Source: Syntrophobacteria bacterium (GTDB lineage: Bacteria > Desulfobacterota > Syntrophobacteria > BM002). Taken from it: a DNA stretch of 51,209 bases. A program made the position numbers and the translations under genes. Each line of letters opens with the position of its first letter. Positions within the stretch are counted from its first letter, which is position 1. The notes beneath the pieces are model-generated. The model ran no database searches. It was not told the origin of the DNA and saw only the letters and a list, made by a program, of their open reading frames with translations. The DNA lies in NCBI GenBank assembly GCA_041560295.1, contig JBFFBS010000002.1:1-51209 (forward strand), read 5' to 3'. Below, in pieces: positions 26,805 to 35,925 of the stretch.

Positions 26805-27851
26805 TCACTGCGGTGAGACGCTATCCACTTTTTTCTCAATCCAGTCGTTCAGCATCACACCGACACCGATACGGTTAACACTGTGATCGTAGTCAACCAG
26901 GCTTTCTCCATAGCCGTTAAAGTACTGCGCGTACAGCCTCAGGTTCGTCAAAATCGGATAGCTCCATCCGAGTTCCACAGCGCCCCTGTTGTTTTGCCGC
27001 AGATTGTTACGGAACATGAACGAAAAAACATGCCCTTTCAGCTCGTAGCCACCAAAGAGTTGACCGTATCCCATATACTTTTCAATATTGGGATTGTCAT
27101 CGTCGTCATCATCCTCAGGAATCCGGTACCAGGGTTTTAGGGCAATGAAAAAGTTGCCTCGGTCAGCTGCAAAAACACCAAATACGCGGTTCCAGCTTCG
27201 TGAAAGCTCTCCCCCTCTTCCGTTCGATTGGTGGTTAAATCCGATGGTAATGAGCCGGTTCCTGAGTCCAAGCACATTGAGATCGGTATCAAACTTGAAA
27301 AATACTTCAGGTTCGTAGTTGGTTTCCCTGAAAGGGGAAGACAAATCCTTGTCATAAAGTTGCCAGAATGAGAGCTGTGTGTAGGCAAAAAATAGGTCAC
27401 CGTTGCCCCAAAACATCTTCTCCCACAGTAGTACCTTGAAGCTGAGCTGAAATTTCACCTCAGTATTACTTGGCTTATTTTCACCAGCCGAATTATACGT
27501 CTCCCTGTTGGAATTGCTGTTATAGGCCAGAGGGAGAAAATAATTTTGTCGATGCGTGCTTAATGAAAAGAGCCCAGTGCCTGCCTTTTTCTCTTCCTTT
27601 TCACGCCTTCTAATGACAGACTCTTCCTCCTTTTCCGAAGTGTCTCCAACTTCTTCCGGTGTTGAGACCGCTTTACTTGGCGCATCAAGTGCGGTTTCTT
27701 CTTGCTCGGCTCGACATGGTGAACTAAGAGAAATAACGGTAACGGCTATGGCGCACAAGGTGGCGGAAAAGGACAGCAGATATCTCGACCGTAACGTGGT
27801 AAAGGGTAAACGGTAAGCAGTGAGCAGTATGCTACATCTCATATCCCACAT
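26805..27851 (-). CDS. pldA: Outer-membrane phospholipase A (OMPLA)
   Basis: GFNHQSNGRGGELSRSWNR contains the OMPLA HxSNG active-site motif. Beta-barrel-like alternating C-terminal half. The start codons (27851/27842) lie inside heptamer repeats. Confidence 0.85.
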   Translation of the reverse strand: MWDMRCSILLTAYRLPFTTLRSRYLLSFSATLCAIAVTVISLSSPCRAEQEETALDAPSKAVSTPEEVGDTSEKEEESVIRRREKEEKKAGTGLFSLSTHRQNYFLPLAYNSNSNRETYNSAGENKPSNTEVKFQLSFKVLLWEKMFWGNGDLFFAYTQLSFWQLYDKDLSSPFRETNYEPEVFFKFDTDLNVLGLRNRLITIGFNHQSNGRGGELSRSWNRVFGVFAADRGNFFIALKPWYRIPEDDDDDDNPNIEKYMGYGQLFGGYELKGHVFSFMFRNNLRQNNRGAVELGWSYPILTNLRLYAQYFNGYGESLVDYDHSVNRIGVGVMLNDWIEKKVDSVSPQ

Positions 27852-28033
27852 CTCAAATCAAGTAGTCAGTAGCCAGAATCCAGAATTGAGGTTTCAGGTG
27901 TCGGGTGTCAGGAAAATAAGGCATAGAGCAAAGAGCATGGAGCATAGGGTAAAAACTTGAGCCAAGAATGTTCTATCTCTATTCCCTATTTCTTCTCGAA
28001 TTCCTCAATCCCTCAATCCCTTAATCTCTCAAT
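27796..28033 (+). repeat. Modular repeat block (overlaps the 5' end of pldA)
   Basis: GTAAAGG/GTAAACG/GTAAGCA/GTGAGCA, CACATCT/CATATCC units, CAGTAGT/CAGTAGC, CAGGTGT units, inverted GGCATAGAGCAAAGAGCATGGAGCATAGGG, CCTCAATC 8-mers x4. Confidence 0.95.
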
Positions 28034-28315
28034 TCACAGGATTCGATATCTTGGCTCATCAAGGTGTGTTTTTTTGCAGCGAGGGCAGCGACCTGGGCGG
28101 GTGAAACGCTTGCGGTCTTTAAAAACGTAGCCACATCCCAGACACTGTGCTGGTTGAATAATGAGTTTCTGTTTCTGTACTGCTACAGAACGAGCAATAT
28201 GAGGCAAATGATCATAAACTTCCTTCTCGCGGATTCCTAGCGACTGGGAAAGTTCCCTGGCACTCATCTCTTTCTCGGTTAACAGCACGATCATCTGCTG
28301 TCGGATTGTTTCCAT
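28034..28315 (-). CDS. Small transcriptional regulator: N-terminal HTH fused to C-terminal zinc ribbon
   Basis: LTEKEMSARELSQSLGIREKEVYDHL (wHTH-like) plus CLGCG...CPRCK zinc ribbon. Confidence 0.6.
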   Translation of the reverse strand: METIRQQMIVLLTEKEMSARELSQSLGIREKEVYDHLPHIARSVAVQKQKLIIQPAQCLGCGYVFKDRKRFTRPGRCPRCKKTHLDEPRYRIL

Positions 28316-28325
28316 GTTGTCAAAT

Positions 28326-28433
28326 AATCAAATCGTGAATGCTAAGCAGTAAGCGGTAAGCAGTAAGCGGTAAATCGTTATCGAGAAATGAATATCTCAA
28401 ATTCCTAAATTCCTCAATCTCTAAATTCCTAAA
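28326..28433 (+). repeat. Modular repeat block (family J with 31784-31900)
   Basis: AATCAAATCG, GTAAGCA/GTAAGCG x4, GGTAAATCGTTATCGAGAAATGAATATCTCAAATTCC, CCTAAATT/CCTCAATC units. Confidence 0.9.
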
Positions 28434-28452
28434 TTTGCCCTCCTCCCATGCA

Positions 28453-28890
28453 TCATTTTTCTTCTTGATACAAGGGAAGTATTGGAGTGCCGTCTGACTT
28501 GGATTTTGAAACACTTCCATCCAAAGCCCCTCCGGATTCTATTGATAGGGTCCCGTATGAAACGTCACCGATAACTTTTCCTTTACTGAAAACGGTTAAC
28601 TTGCCGTTGCAGATCATTTCACCTTCAAAGCGTCCAGCCACACTCACGTTTTCGGCTTCAACTTTTGCCTCAAGATTGCCGTCCTGTAGAATCTCCAAAG
28701 AGCTACACTTTATATTCCCTGTCACAGAACCGTCTACAATGAGAGTGCCTGCTGTTTCAATCTGTCCCTCGAGTTTACTACCGGCAGAGATGATAGTTGT
28801 TTCTACAGTCTTCAGTGGGTTTTTGAAGAGTCTCACCTTTGCTGGCTCAGTGTCTTTTTTGCTTGCGTCTTGTTTGTTTTTCTGCCACAT
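28453..28890 (-). CDS. Bactofilin family cytoskeletal protein
   Basis: Beta-helical repeat pattern GSKLEGQIETAGTLIVDGSVTGNIKCSSLEILQDGNLEAKVEAENVSVAGRFEGEMICNGKLTVFSKGKVIGDVSYGTLSIESGGALDG. ATG 28890 with a GAGGG SD. Confidence 0.8.
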   Translation of the reverse strand: MWQKNKQDASKKDTEPAKVRLFKNPLKTVETTIISAGSKLEGQIETAGTLIVDGSVTGNIKCSSLEILQDGNLEAKVEAENVSVAGRFEGEMICNGKLTVFSKGKVIGDVSYGTLSIESGGALDGSVSKSKSDGTPILPLYQEEK

Positions 28891-29149
28891 GGTTTGTCCC
28901 TCTTTGTTTGAGAAGCGTTTCTCATTTTGGCCAAATTTAGTTTGCAAGGGTCATGCCTGAATACCTGCTTCGGGAGTTGAGCAGCATAGAGGGAGAAAGT
29001 GGAAAGCAAAATAGCCCTGTCTAGAGCGCGACTAGTTCCATACATAGACAATTGAGATCGGACTATCAACACTGTTCTGATAATTTAAGATTTCGAGCAA
29101 TAGATGCACAAATCCATACATCAGCATGCGGACGCCGCTGTGATTCATA

Positions 29150-29278
29150 GTAAGCAGTAAGCGGTAGGCGGTAAACAGAAAGTCGCTGAAGTCGTTGAAA
29201 ACGTTCAAATCGTTAAAGTCGTAAATGGTAAATGGTGAGCGATAAATCCGCAATGTACAGTCTAAAATCTGCAATCTT
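29150..29278 (+). repeat. Modular repeat block
   Basis: GTAAGCA/GTAAGCG/GTAGGCG/GTAAACA, GAAGTCGYT 9-mers x5, GTAAATG x2, AATCCGC and AATCTGC units. Confidence 0.9.
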
Positions 29279-29373
29279 CTGGCCTACTTTATGCATATCA
29301 ATCAGTGCTACGTGGTGTTTTTCAAAGACCTCGAAAGGGGGTCTGATTCTTCGGGATTGAAAGAGGTATTACT

Positions 29374-29682
29374 ATGTGGCAACTGCTCGTCAATGTGGGT
29401 CATTTTCTGTCAGAAGTGGTTTTGGCGCTCTCGGTGGCACTGGGGTTTGTCTGCTGGGCGTGGTTTGTAATTGGACTTCTATATTACAAAAACCACAAAG
29501 ATCTCCCTGACTATCACGTTGATGCCGAAGCGCACGAGGGGATGACGTGGTGGAATGCATGGAGATGGAGTATTTCGGATAATTTTCGGCCCCTGAAAGA
29601 TTATGTCATAGTGGAGTCCTCGATCTTTGGAGTTGTATCGGCATTAGCGTTTATCTGGGTTTTTGACTTGATCTTACGATAA
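29374..29682 (+). CDS. Small membrane protein (102 aa)
   Basis: AAAGAGG SD. Two predicted TM helices (VVLALSVALGFVCWAWFVIGLLYY; IFGVVSALAFIWVFDLIL). Confidence 0.5.
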   Translation: MWQLLVNVGHFLSEVVLALSVALGFVCWAWFVIGLLYYKNHKDLPDYHVDAEAHEGMTWWNAWRWSISDNFRPLKDYVIVESSIFGVVSALAFIWVFDLILR

Positions 29683-29917
29683 GCATCGCTGAAGTCGTTG
29701 AAACAGTTCAAATCGTTAAACTCGTAGAAATCCTTCAAAGCACAAGATCGCGGCTGACCTTCGACAGGCTCAGGTCTGGGAAAGCCGCTACCACAGTAGA
29801 ATCTTTTTCTTTTGTTTTTAAATCCGCAATCCGCAATCCGAAATTCTGTCCTCTGCCCGCTGCCTTCTGCCGACTGCCAGCTGTCTTCCCTATGTTCCAT
29901 GCTCTCTGCTCTATGCC
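29683..29917 (+). repeat. Modular repeat block containing ~100-bp family D copy 2
   Basis: GAAGTCGTT units; 29746-29843 is near-identical to 19004-19103; then GCTGCC units and CTATGYY/CCATGCT x4, running up to the stop codon at 29918. Confidence 0.95.
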
Positions 29918-30757
29918 CTACTCCAGTCCAAACTCAATACCCCGCCCGTGCCAAATCTTGGCCAGTTGGTTTTTACTCAAAAATCTCCTGCCCTCCAACG
30001 GATCAAAGATTTCAGCTTTATCTTTGTTCAACCCCATATATGCAACTGCGTGAGATTCGGGCCCGGTGAATTGGTTGTCGATGAAAAGCATAGCAGGAGC
30101 GTTGAGCTTCTCAGGGTTGGAGTCTAGAACTTCTACTTTGTTGCAGGAAAAACCAATCTTTCTCATCCCATAGATAACCTGTGCCCCTGAGGTGCCCCAA
30201 ACAGTGGTCCCAAAGAGCTCAGCCATCTGCTTTTCGGTTTTCTGCATGCCAAAGGTTCGGGCAATGCTGGCTCCCGAGGCGGCAGCACAGCTTGCGTTGC
30301 TGGTCTGCATGACTGTTCCGGAGGTTGCCACGATGTCTTTGAGACGTGGCGCAATGGGGCGAGTGTAATTCCACTGGATAACCTGGATTACGGAGATGAG
30401 GAGGATTCCGGCAACAATAATCTTCCACCGCTCCCGGTGTTGTATGCGCAGAGCTATTGCAGAAGCAAGACTGAAGACGAAGGCAAAGATGGCTAGAATA
30501 CCGCCCCATGTCAGGGCGGTGTAGTGATACTGAAGCCATAAAGGTAAGTTCCATAGCAGATGTGGGCGGTTCAGGTTGGCTATAACCAGAAGAATGAGGC
30601 TCAGGGGAATGAGAATATAAAGATAGGGGGCTCTCCTGAGGACCGTTTTCATGTCAAGATTCGGATCTTTTATAAAGAGCCTCCTGCACTCAATGTAGCC
30701 CACAAAGATGAAGCCGATAACAAGCACAATGTTGAGCCATAAAGGAATGCCGACCAT
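29918..30757 (-). CDS. Membrane protein with C-terminal peptidase C39-like (papain-fold cysteine peptidase) domain
   Basis: Four or five N-terminal TM helices. QTSNASCAAASGASIARTFG (Q...C), HAVAYMG (His) and IFDPLEG (Asp) match the C39 catalytic layout. Confidence 0.65.
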   Translation of the reverse strand: MVGIPLWLNIVLVIGFIFVGYIECRRLFIKDPNLDMKTVLRRAPYLYILIPLSLILLVIANLNRPHLLWNLPLWLQYHYTALTWGGILAIFAFVFSLASAIALRIQHRERWKIIVAGILLISVIQVIQWNYTRPIAPRLKDIVATSGTVMQTSNASCAAASGASIARTFGMQKTEKQMAELFGTTVWGTSGAQVIYGMRKIGFSCNKVEVLDSNPEKLNAPAMLFIDNQFTGPESHAVAYMGLNKDKAEIFDPLEGRRFLSKNQLAKIWHGRGIEFGLE

Positions 30758-30837
30758 TTTGGCCTCTTAGCAAATGAGAAGAAAATGTCCAACGCTGTCA
30801 AATGAAATCATAATGAAAGAAGCATGCCACTTTTGAG

Positions 30838-31040
30838 TAACGGTAAGCAGTAAGCGGCAAAAAAAGAATCCAGGAGTCAGGAGCCAGAATTGAGGTTTCA
30901 GGTGTCAGGTTTCAGGTGTCAGTAGTAAAAGGTAAATATTTATCGAGCATCGAGTATCCAGTATCCAGCATCAAGTTTTTAAATCCGCAATCCGAAATTC
31001 GCAATTCGAAATTATTTCCCTATGCTCCATGCTCTATGCT
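30838..31040 (+). repeat. Composite repeat family A, copy 2
   Basis: Same order as 13861-14172, with whole-unit differences (two fewer CAGGAG units, extra AATTCGC units). ORF 30916..31326 starts inside it (MSVVKGKYLSSIEYPVSSI...). Confidence 0.95.
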
Positions 31041-31099
31041 TCCCTTCATTCTTGACCTGTTCACTTGGAGCCATTATATAGTAAGGGCTACCATAAAAG

Positions 31100-31537
31100 A
31101 TGCCGAGAAAGACGAAGAGGCTTCAGAGTATGGAAAGAAAAGGCTGGTCAGCAAAGGTTGTGCTGAGGTACGCGTTGCTCCAGATACCCTTCACTGCCTT
31201 GGTAGTTGTTGTCCTGATCTTGTTACGAAAATGGGTAGACATCCCAATCTGGTTAGTCTGTGCTCTGGTTGCACTCTTGGTAATAAAAGATGTAGCTCTG
31301 TATCCCTTTGTTTGGCGGGCCTATGACCCGGAAAGCCCGGCACTGACAAACCAGATGGAGGGAGCGCGGGGCATAGCCATTGAAGACTTACACCCTACGG
31401 GCTATGTCGAAATTGGTGCCGAACGATGGCTGGCAGAGGTGACTGGAGACGGTCCCTCAATTCGGCGTGGACAACGCGTAAGAGTGCGTGGAATCCGAGG
31501 GCTTACCCTGCTGGTTCAACTCGACACGGAAAACTAG
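31100..31537 (+). CDS. NfeD family protein (membrane anchor plus C-terminal OB-fold)
   Basis: Two TM helices, then GARGIAIEDLHPTGYVEIGAERWLAEVTGDGPSIRRGQRVRVRGIRGLTLLV, a typical NfeD C-terminal domain. The start (31100 or 31130) is uncertain. Confidence 0.65.
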   Translation: MPRKTKRLQSMERKGWSAKVVLRYALLQIPFTALVVVVLILLRKWVDIPIWLVCALVALLVIKDVALYPFVWRAYDPESPALTNQMEGARGIAIEDLHPTGYVEIGAERWLAEVTGDGPSIRRGQRVRVRGIRGLTLLVQLDTEN

Positions 31538-31546
31538 GGGCCTGCC

Positions 31547-31783
31547 ATGTCAATGTATTTTTATGACGATACTGATGATTGGCCAGAATATAAAATCATC
31601 AGAGATGAAATTCATCGGCTGGAAATGGCACATCTCGAGATCAGTAAAGAATTACAAGACGCTGAGTCCGCCCTTCTATCTAATCCTGCAAACATAGATG
31701 CAAAAGCCACAATAGATGGGCTTAAGAAAAAACTGAAAGAGATTGAAAAAAAACTCAATGAATCTCTTAGCATGTACCGTTAA
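31547..31783 (+). CDS. Small coiled-coil protein (78 aa)
   Basis: ATG 31547 lies 10 nt after the NfeD stop. Heptad-rich sequence. No family recognised. Confidence 0.45.
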   Translation: MSMYFYDDTDDWPEYKIIRDEIHRLEMAHLEISKELQDAESALLSNPANIDAKATIDGLKKKLKEIEKKLNESLSMYR

Positions 31784-31900
31784 AATCGTACATGGTAAAC
31801 GGTAAGCGGTGAGCGGTAAATCGTTATCGCAAAACGAATATCTCAAATCCCTTCATTCCTTAATCTCTTAATTCCAAATCCGAATTCCGAATTTTCCCTA
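31784..31900 (+). repeat. Modular repeat block (family J with 28326-28433)
   Basis: AAAATCGTA, GTAAACG/GTAAGCG/GTGAGCG, GGTAAATCGTTATCGCAAAACGAATATCTCAAATCCC, TTCCTTAATC units, AATCCGAATTCCGAATT. Confidence 0.9.
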
Positions 31901-32044
31901 TTCCCTCTGCGGCATGGTTTACAAAAATGCAGTCAACGTGATAGAAGTCACCTCTGATGGATATAGGTAACTTTGGACTTCAGGTTGATCCTAATCGTGT
32001 TTCGCCTCGAAAATTGAGGTAAAAAGAGAAAGTGAGGTAGAGCC

Positions 32045-32506
32045 ATGCAGGATTGGACGCCCTTTGTACAAAGCGTGTTGCTAGTTGGCTTAGGTTGGCT
32101 TTTAAGTGGGTTACGGCCCTGGGTGGGAAAGGCCAAGGCAAGAAAAGCAAATTGGCGGGCAATGAAAACTGAAGTGTCCATATGGAAAAGAAAGGCAGAT
32201 CAATTTAAGGAGGAGCAAATTCTGGGCCCATTATATCGTTTGCCCATTATCAATTTTTGGAATTCGCTCATGAATCTTATAGCGAGTGGCTTTGCTGAAG
32301 CTGAGCAAATTGACCGACTTTCCGATTTCTTTCTGAATGCAAATGGCTTCAATCGCGGCTTAGACAATATCGATTCCTACATAAGATCTGGGTTCAAGGA
32401 AGACTCAGAGGAAATCGTTAGAGAGAACACGCGCAATCGAGTGTACGCCAATGAAATTATTCGTCTCTATCCAAATGTAATTGAAATTCTCGACAAACAG
32501 CTGTGA
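32045..32506 (+). CDS. Hypothetical protein with N-terminal TM helix (153 aa)
   Basis: GTGAGG SD. FVQSVLLVGLGWLLSGL is a TM helix. No domain recognised. Confidence 0.5.
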   Translation: MQDWTPFVQSVLLVGLGWLLSGLRPWVGKAKARKANWRAMKTEVSIWKRKADQFKEEQILGPLYRLPIINFWNSLMNLIASGFAEAEQIDRLSDFFLNANGFNRGLDNIDSYIRSGFKEDSEEIVRENTRNRVYANEIIRLYPNVIEILDKQL

Positions 32507-32564
32507 TGATTACAATGAAGCTGCTATGACCTGATAATCAAGATGTGGTCAAAGGATAAAAACC

Positions 32565-33302
32565 ATGAGATACGCTTTCACACTTTTTATTATGCTGCTT
32601 TTTTCAGCCACTGCCAGTGGTGCTGGGACGTCGGTTTCGTATGAGGTTAATGGAGAACCTTATGAGGGATATTTTATCAGCCCTTCTCCCAATGCCGCAC
32701 TGGTACTGCTTGTCCACGACTGGGACGGTCTGACTGATTATGAAGTAAAACGTGCCAACATGTTGGCAGATATGGGGTATGCGGTTTTTGCTGCCGACCT
32801 GTTTGGAGCCGGAGTTAGACCAACAGAGGTAAAGGACAAACGCCAGCACACCGGTGAATTGTATAAAGACCGCGCTAAAATGCGCGCCTTGTTACAAGGT
32901 GCACTGGAAACCGCTGGATCAAGAGGGGCCAATGTCCATAATGCTGTGGCAATGGGATACTGCTTTGGTGGAGCTGCCGTACTTGAGCTCGCCAGGTCAG
33001 GGGCAGATTTGAAAGGGTTTGTCACCTTTCACGGTGGATTGAAAACACCTGCCGGTCAGGACTACTCTAAAACTAAGGGAAAATTGCTCATTCTGCATGG
33101 CACAGCAGACACAAACATCACCATGGATCAGTTTGCCAAGCTTGCCATTGAGTTGGAGGAAAAAGGTGTTTCACACGAAATGATTACCTACAGTGGAGCA
33201 CCACATGGCTTTACTGCGTTTGGAACCAAGCGCTATAGAGAAGGGGCTGATAAGAAATCATGGAAACGTTTTTCGGAATTTCTAACCGAGACGCTTGATT
33301 GA
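32565..33302 (+). CDS. Dienelactone hydrolase family protein (exported)
   Basis: Signal peptide MRYAFTLFIMLLFSATASGA. Alpha/beta-hydrolase DLH layout: VHDWDG, GYCFGG nucleophile, LHGTADT, APHGF. Confidence 0.8.
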   Translation: MRYAFTLFIMLLFSATASGAGTSVSYEVNGEPYEGYFISPSPNAALVLLVHDWDGLTDYEVKRANMLADMGYAVFAADLFGAGVRPTEVKDKRQHTGELYKDRAKMRALLQGALETAGSRGANVHNAVAMGYCFGGAAVLELARSGADLKGFVTFHGGLKTPAGQDYSKTKGKLLILHGTADTNITMDQFAKLAIELEEKGVSHEMITYSGAPHGFTAFGTKRYREGADKKSWKRFSEFLTETLD

Positions 33303-33304
33303 TC

Positions 33305-33432
33305 AAGAAAAATCAAAGAATTCAGTAGCCAGTAGCCAGTAGTCAAGGGTGTCAGGTGTCGGGTGTCAGGTGTCAGCGAAGAAAAATAACATTACTGAAA
33401 CCTGAACACTGAAACCTGAAACCTCAGTCTTT
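33305..33432 (+). repeat. Modular repeat block forming a long imperfect hairpin between convergent genes
   Basis: AAAGAATTCAGTAGCCAGTAGCCAGTAG, GGTGTCA/GGTGTCG x4, loop, then inverted CTGAAACCTGAACACTGAAACCTGAAACC. Confidence 0.9.
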
Positions 33433-33437
33433 GAGAA

Positions 33438-33776
33438 TTAGGTGGTGGCTTTTAGGAAGTCGGTTATGGTCTCTTCCTCTACCGCCATGATAGAAGCTTG
33501 TGAATTTTGACTTGTACCAATATTGACAACATCGCCATGTTTAAGTTTGGCACAAATTACTTGCATGCCATTCAATGCTGTGCCTTGCTTGCTACCTTCG
33601 TCGCCAACGAACAACTCGTCTCCCCAGCGTGCAATGCGAGCATGCCTGCGTGAAACGTGTGGATCATCAACCATAATATGATTCTCGGCACTGCGACCGA
33701 TAAATCGAACATCTCCATTCCGGAGGGTGTATTCCCTAATGGTGAAGCTTTTGAATCTCAATTCAAGCTTGAACAT
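33438..33776 (-). CDS. FHA domain protein
   Basis: RFIGRSAENHIMVDDPHVSRRHARIARWGDELFVGDEGSKQGTALNG. ATG 33776 with a GGAGGA SD; the ORF-track start at 33803 is a GTG. Confidence 0.75.
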   Translation of the reverse strand: MFKLELRFKSFTIREYTLRNGDVRFIGRSAENHIMVDDPHVSRRHARIARWGDELFVGDEGSKQGTALNGMQVICAKLKHGDVVNIGTSQNSQASIMAVEEETITDFLKATT

Positions 33777-33946
33777 GCCTTTCCTCCATTCGTTTAACGA
33801 CACCGATGTTCAAACATTTGCAACTCTCATGCCCGGTTGCTTAACCAGGTGGGCCGCATGGAGGGAAAAGGAGCTGGATTTTGAGTTACCAGCAGCATAT
33901 AACAACCATGCTCCCCGCTGATTTAGCGATGTAAATCCGATGCCAA

Positions 33947-33978
33947 CTAAAAAGCGGAGCCGAAGCTCCGCATTTTCT
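33947..33978 (-). terminator. Rho-independent terminator 3' of the PAS-LuxR gene (A-run/T-run on both sides, potentially bidirectional)
   Basis: AAAAA-GCGGAGC-CGAA-GCTCCGC-ATTTTCT. Confidence 0.65.
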
Positions 33979-34075
33979 AACTTTGCACCAAAATATTGTA
34001 GCGAGATCTCAGAGGCAAAAGTGTGCATTAAAGTATGTAATGCACATTCTTAGGAGATCAATGCAGACTTCAGGA
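33979..34075. repeat. Conserved 3'-flank element family H, copy 1
   Basis: ..ACCAAAATATTGTAGCGAGATCTCAGAGGCAAAAGTGTGCATTAAAGTATGTAATGCAC...GACTTCAG aligns with 35791-35886. Confidence 0.9.
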
Positions 34076-34107
34076 TTAACAATGTAGGCAAACAAAGTGG
34101 TCAAAAA

Positions 34108-35439
34108 TCACTCATCATGGAGGGATTGCAGGTAGGACCTCAGATTGACCTTCTTGTTCTTTATGCCAAGCTTGCTCCTAATGTGGAATCTGTGCGACCG
34201 GACGGTATTCTCCGATGCGTGTATCAAGAATGCGATCTCCTTGGAAGTTTTGCCATCCTTGATCAGACTAGCAACCTGGATCTCTGTCGGGGTAAGATTC
34301 AAGTACCTTGATGACAGCTTGGTCACAAATGGGGAGACGATCTCTTTCATGTTTGATTCCAAAATGCCAACCAGGGTCTTTTGATCGGAATGTAACCTGC
34401 TGTTTTTCAACTTTTCAACGTAAGGCAACACCAGTTCTTTGACGTTGGCAAGGAGTCTTTCTTCAAGATTCTCCTTGTCTCTCTTTCTTTGTTGCAGCAA
34501 AACCCTTAGTGCGGCGTTGACTTCTTCAAGATGACGTGACTGTGCCGTGAGCTCAGCTTCGCTCTCACCCAGCGCCGCCTCCATCTGCTTACGCTCAGTG
34601 ATGTCGCGCGCGCACCAAATCACGCAATCAGAGTTCTGGAACTTAAACTTAGTAACTCGCGCAGCGAACCACCGTTCTATCCCACCGGTTTTCAGTGCGT
34701 AATCATATTTTTGAAGTTCTCCCTCGGCTAGGACCCGGTCAATTATTTCTTGGATTTGCTGCGCATCTTCTGGCGGCAAGACATCATGGACTGATTTGTC
34801 AAGCAGTTGGTCTGCATGGGCATATAGCAGATCAGAATCCGACGTAAAGGTCTCCCGGTAGCGGCCCTCAGCGTCTAAAACAAGCATCAGGTCGGGAACG
34901 GCTTCTAGCACAGCGCGAAAACGCGCTTCGCTTTCCCTTAGTTCATTCTCAGCTTGCTTGCGACTGGTGATGTCTCTGGCAAACTCGACTGCCCCAGAGA
35001 TGTTTCCATTTTCATCCATAATTGGATAGGCAAATATCTCGAAGCTCCTGCCTCGGGTTGTCACTTCATCTTCAGGAGTGCTCGTTCTATAGACGGGAGC
35101 TTTACTTTGATATGCCTCGGCGACAGCACAGTTCGGGCAAATGTCTTTCCGGCCCTTTAGAACCTCAAAGCATTTGCGACCAAGGACCGATTCCCTGTTA
35201 GATAGACCGAACGTCTTGATTAGGACCTCATTGACATCCGTGAGATAGAAATCGAGATCAACTATATTCATGTTCTCCTGGATAGCATCAAAGGTAGCTC
35301 GCAGCCTTGCGTGAGCTGGATGTAACGCCTCCACAGCGTGGGTGCGTTCGGCTTCTGATACATCTGGCCGTGCACGCCGTTGACGCATTTCCTCCAATTC
35401 ACTTATCAATTGTGCCTTCGATTTGCTTTGATCCGCCAT
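34108..35439 (-). CDS. PAS-domain LuxR-family transcriptional regulator
   Basis: Two PAS-like segments separated by coiled-coil linkers. C-terminal HTH LTPTEIQVASLIKDGKTSKEIAFLIHASENTVRSHRFHIRSKLG. Confidence 0.8.
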   Translation of the reverse strand: MADQSKSKAQLISELEEMRQRRARPDVSEAERTHAVEALHPAHARLRATFDAIQENMNIVDLDFYLTDVNEVLIKTFGLSNRESVLGRKCFEVLKGRKDICPNCAVAEAYQSKAPVYRTSTPEDEVTTRGRSFEIFAYPIMDENGNISGAVEFARDITSRKQAENELRESEARFRAVLEAVPDLMLVLDAEGRYRETFTSDSDLLYAHADQLLDKSVHDVLPPEDAQQIQEIIDRVLAEGELQKYDYALKTGGIERWFAARVTKFKFQNSDCVIWCARDITERKQMEAALGESEAELTAQSRHLEEVNAALRVLLQQRKRDKENLEERLLANVKELVLPYVEKLKNSRLHSDQKTLVGILESNMKEIVSPFVTKLSSRYLNLTPTEIQVASLIKDGKTSKEIAFLIHASENTVRSHRFHIRSKLGIKNKKVNLRSYLQSLHDE

Positions 35440-35700
35440 CTTATATGTCTCCCATGAAAATGAATCTTAATGGATGGGGTGGCTTCATGTTGCAATTAGC
35501 GGCAGCTTTGGTGACCCTGCCATGTAAGCTATTAATTTAGTAGGAATAAATCTAAGCTAAACTTACAAGAAAAACATTGGAATTACAAGAGAAATGTACT
35601 TAATGATGTCTGAAAGGATTTCAAGGCAGGTTGTCCTGTGCAATAGTTTATTTAGTGATGAGAAATGTAAACGTCACCTCAATCACAGCAAAAGTTTAGA

Positions 35701-35886
35701 TAACATCCCTTAATTCACACTTTCCCCACCAGAGTTTCCGGCACAAGATATTGAAAACAAAAAAGCGGAGCCAAAAACTCCGCATTTTCTTAAATTAAAC
35801 CAAAATATTGTAGCTTGGTCTCAAAAGGAGAAGTGTGGATTAAAGTATGTAATTCACAGTCCAGGGGACCAACCTGGACTTCAGAT
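35701..35886. repeat. Family H copy 2, with ~22-bp imperfect terminal inverted repeats and an embedded terminator
   Basis: Left TAACATCCCTTAATTCACACTTT is the inverse of right AAGTGTGGATTAAAGTATGTAAT. Between them lies AAAAAAGCGGAG-CCAAAAA-CTCCGCATTTTCT (35757-35790). Confidence 0.9.
35757..35790 (-). terminator. Rho-independent terminator 3' of the TerB-like gene
   Basis: GCGGAG-CCAAAAA-CTCCGC flanked by an A-run and a T-run. Confidence 0.6.
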
Positions 35887-35925
35887 CGACGACTACCTGC
35901 TGAATCACCTGCGCGTGTGGCAAGG

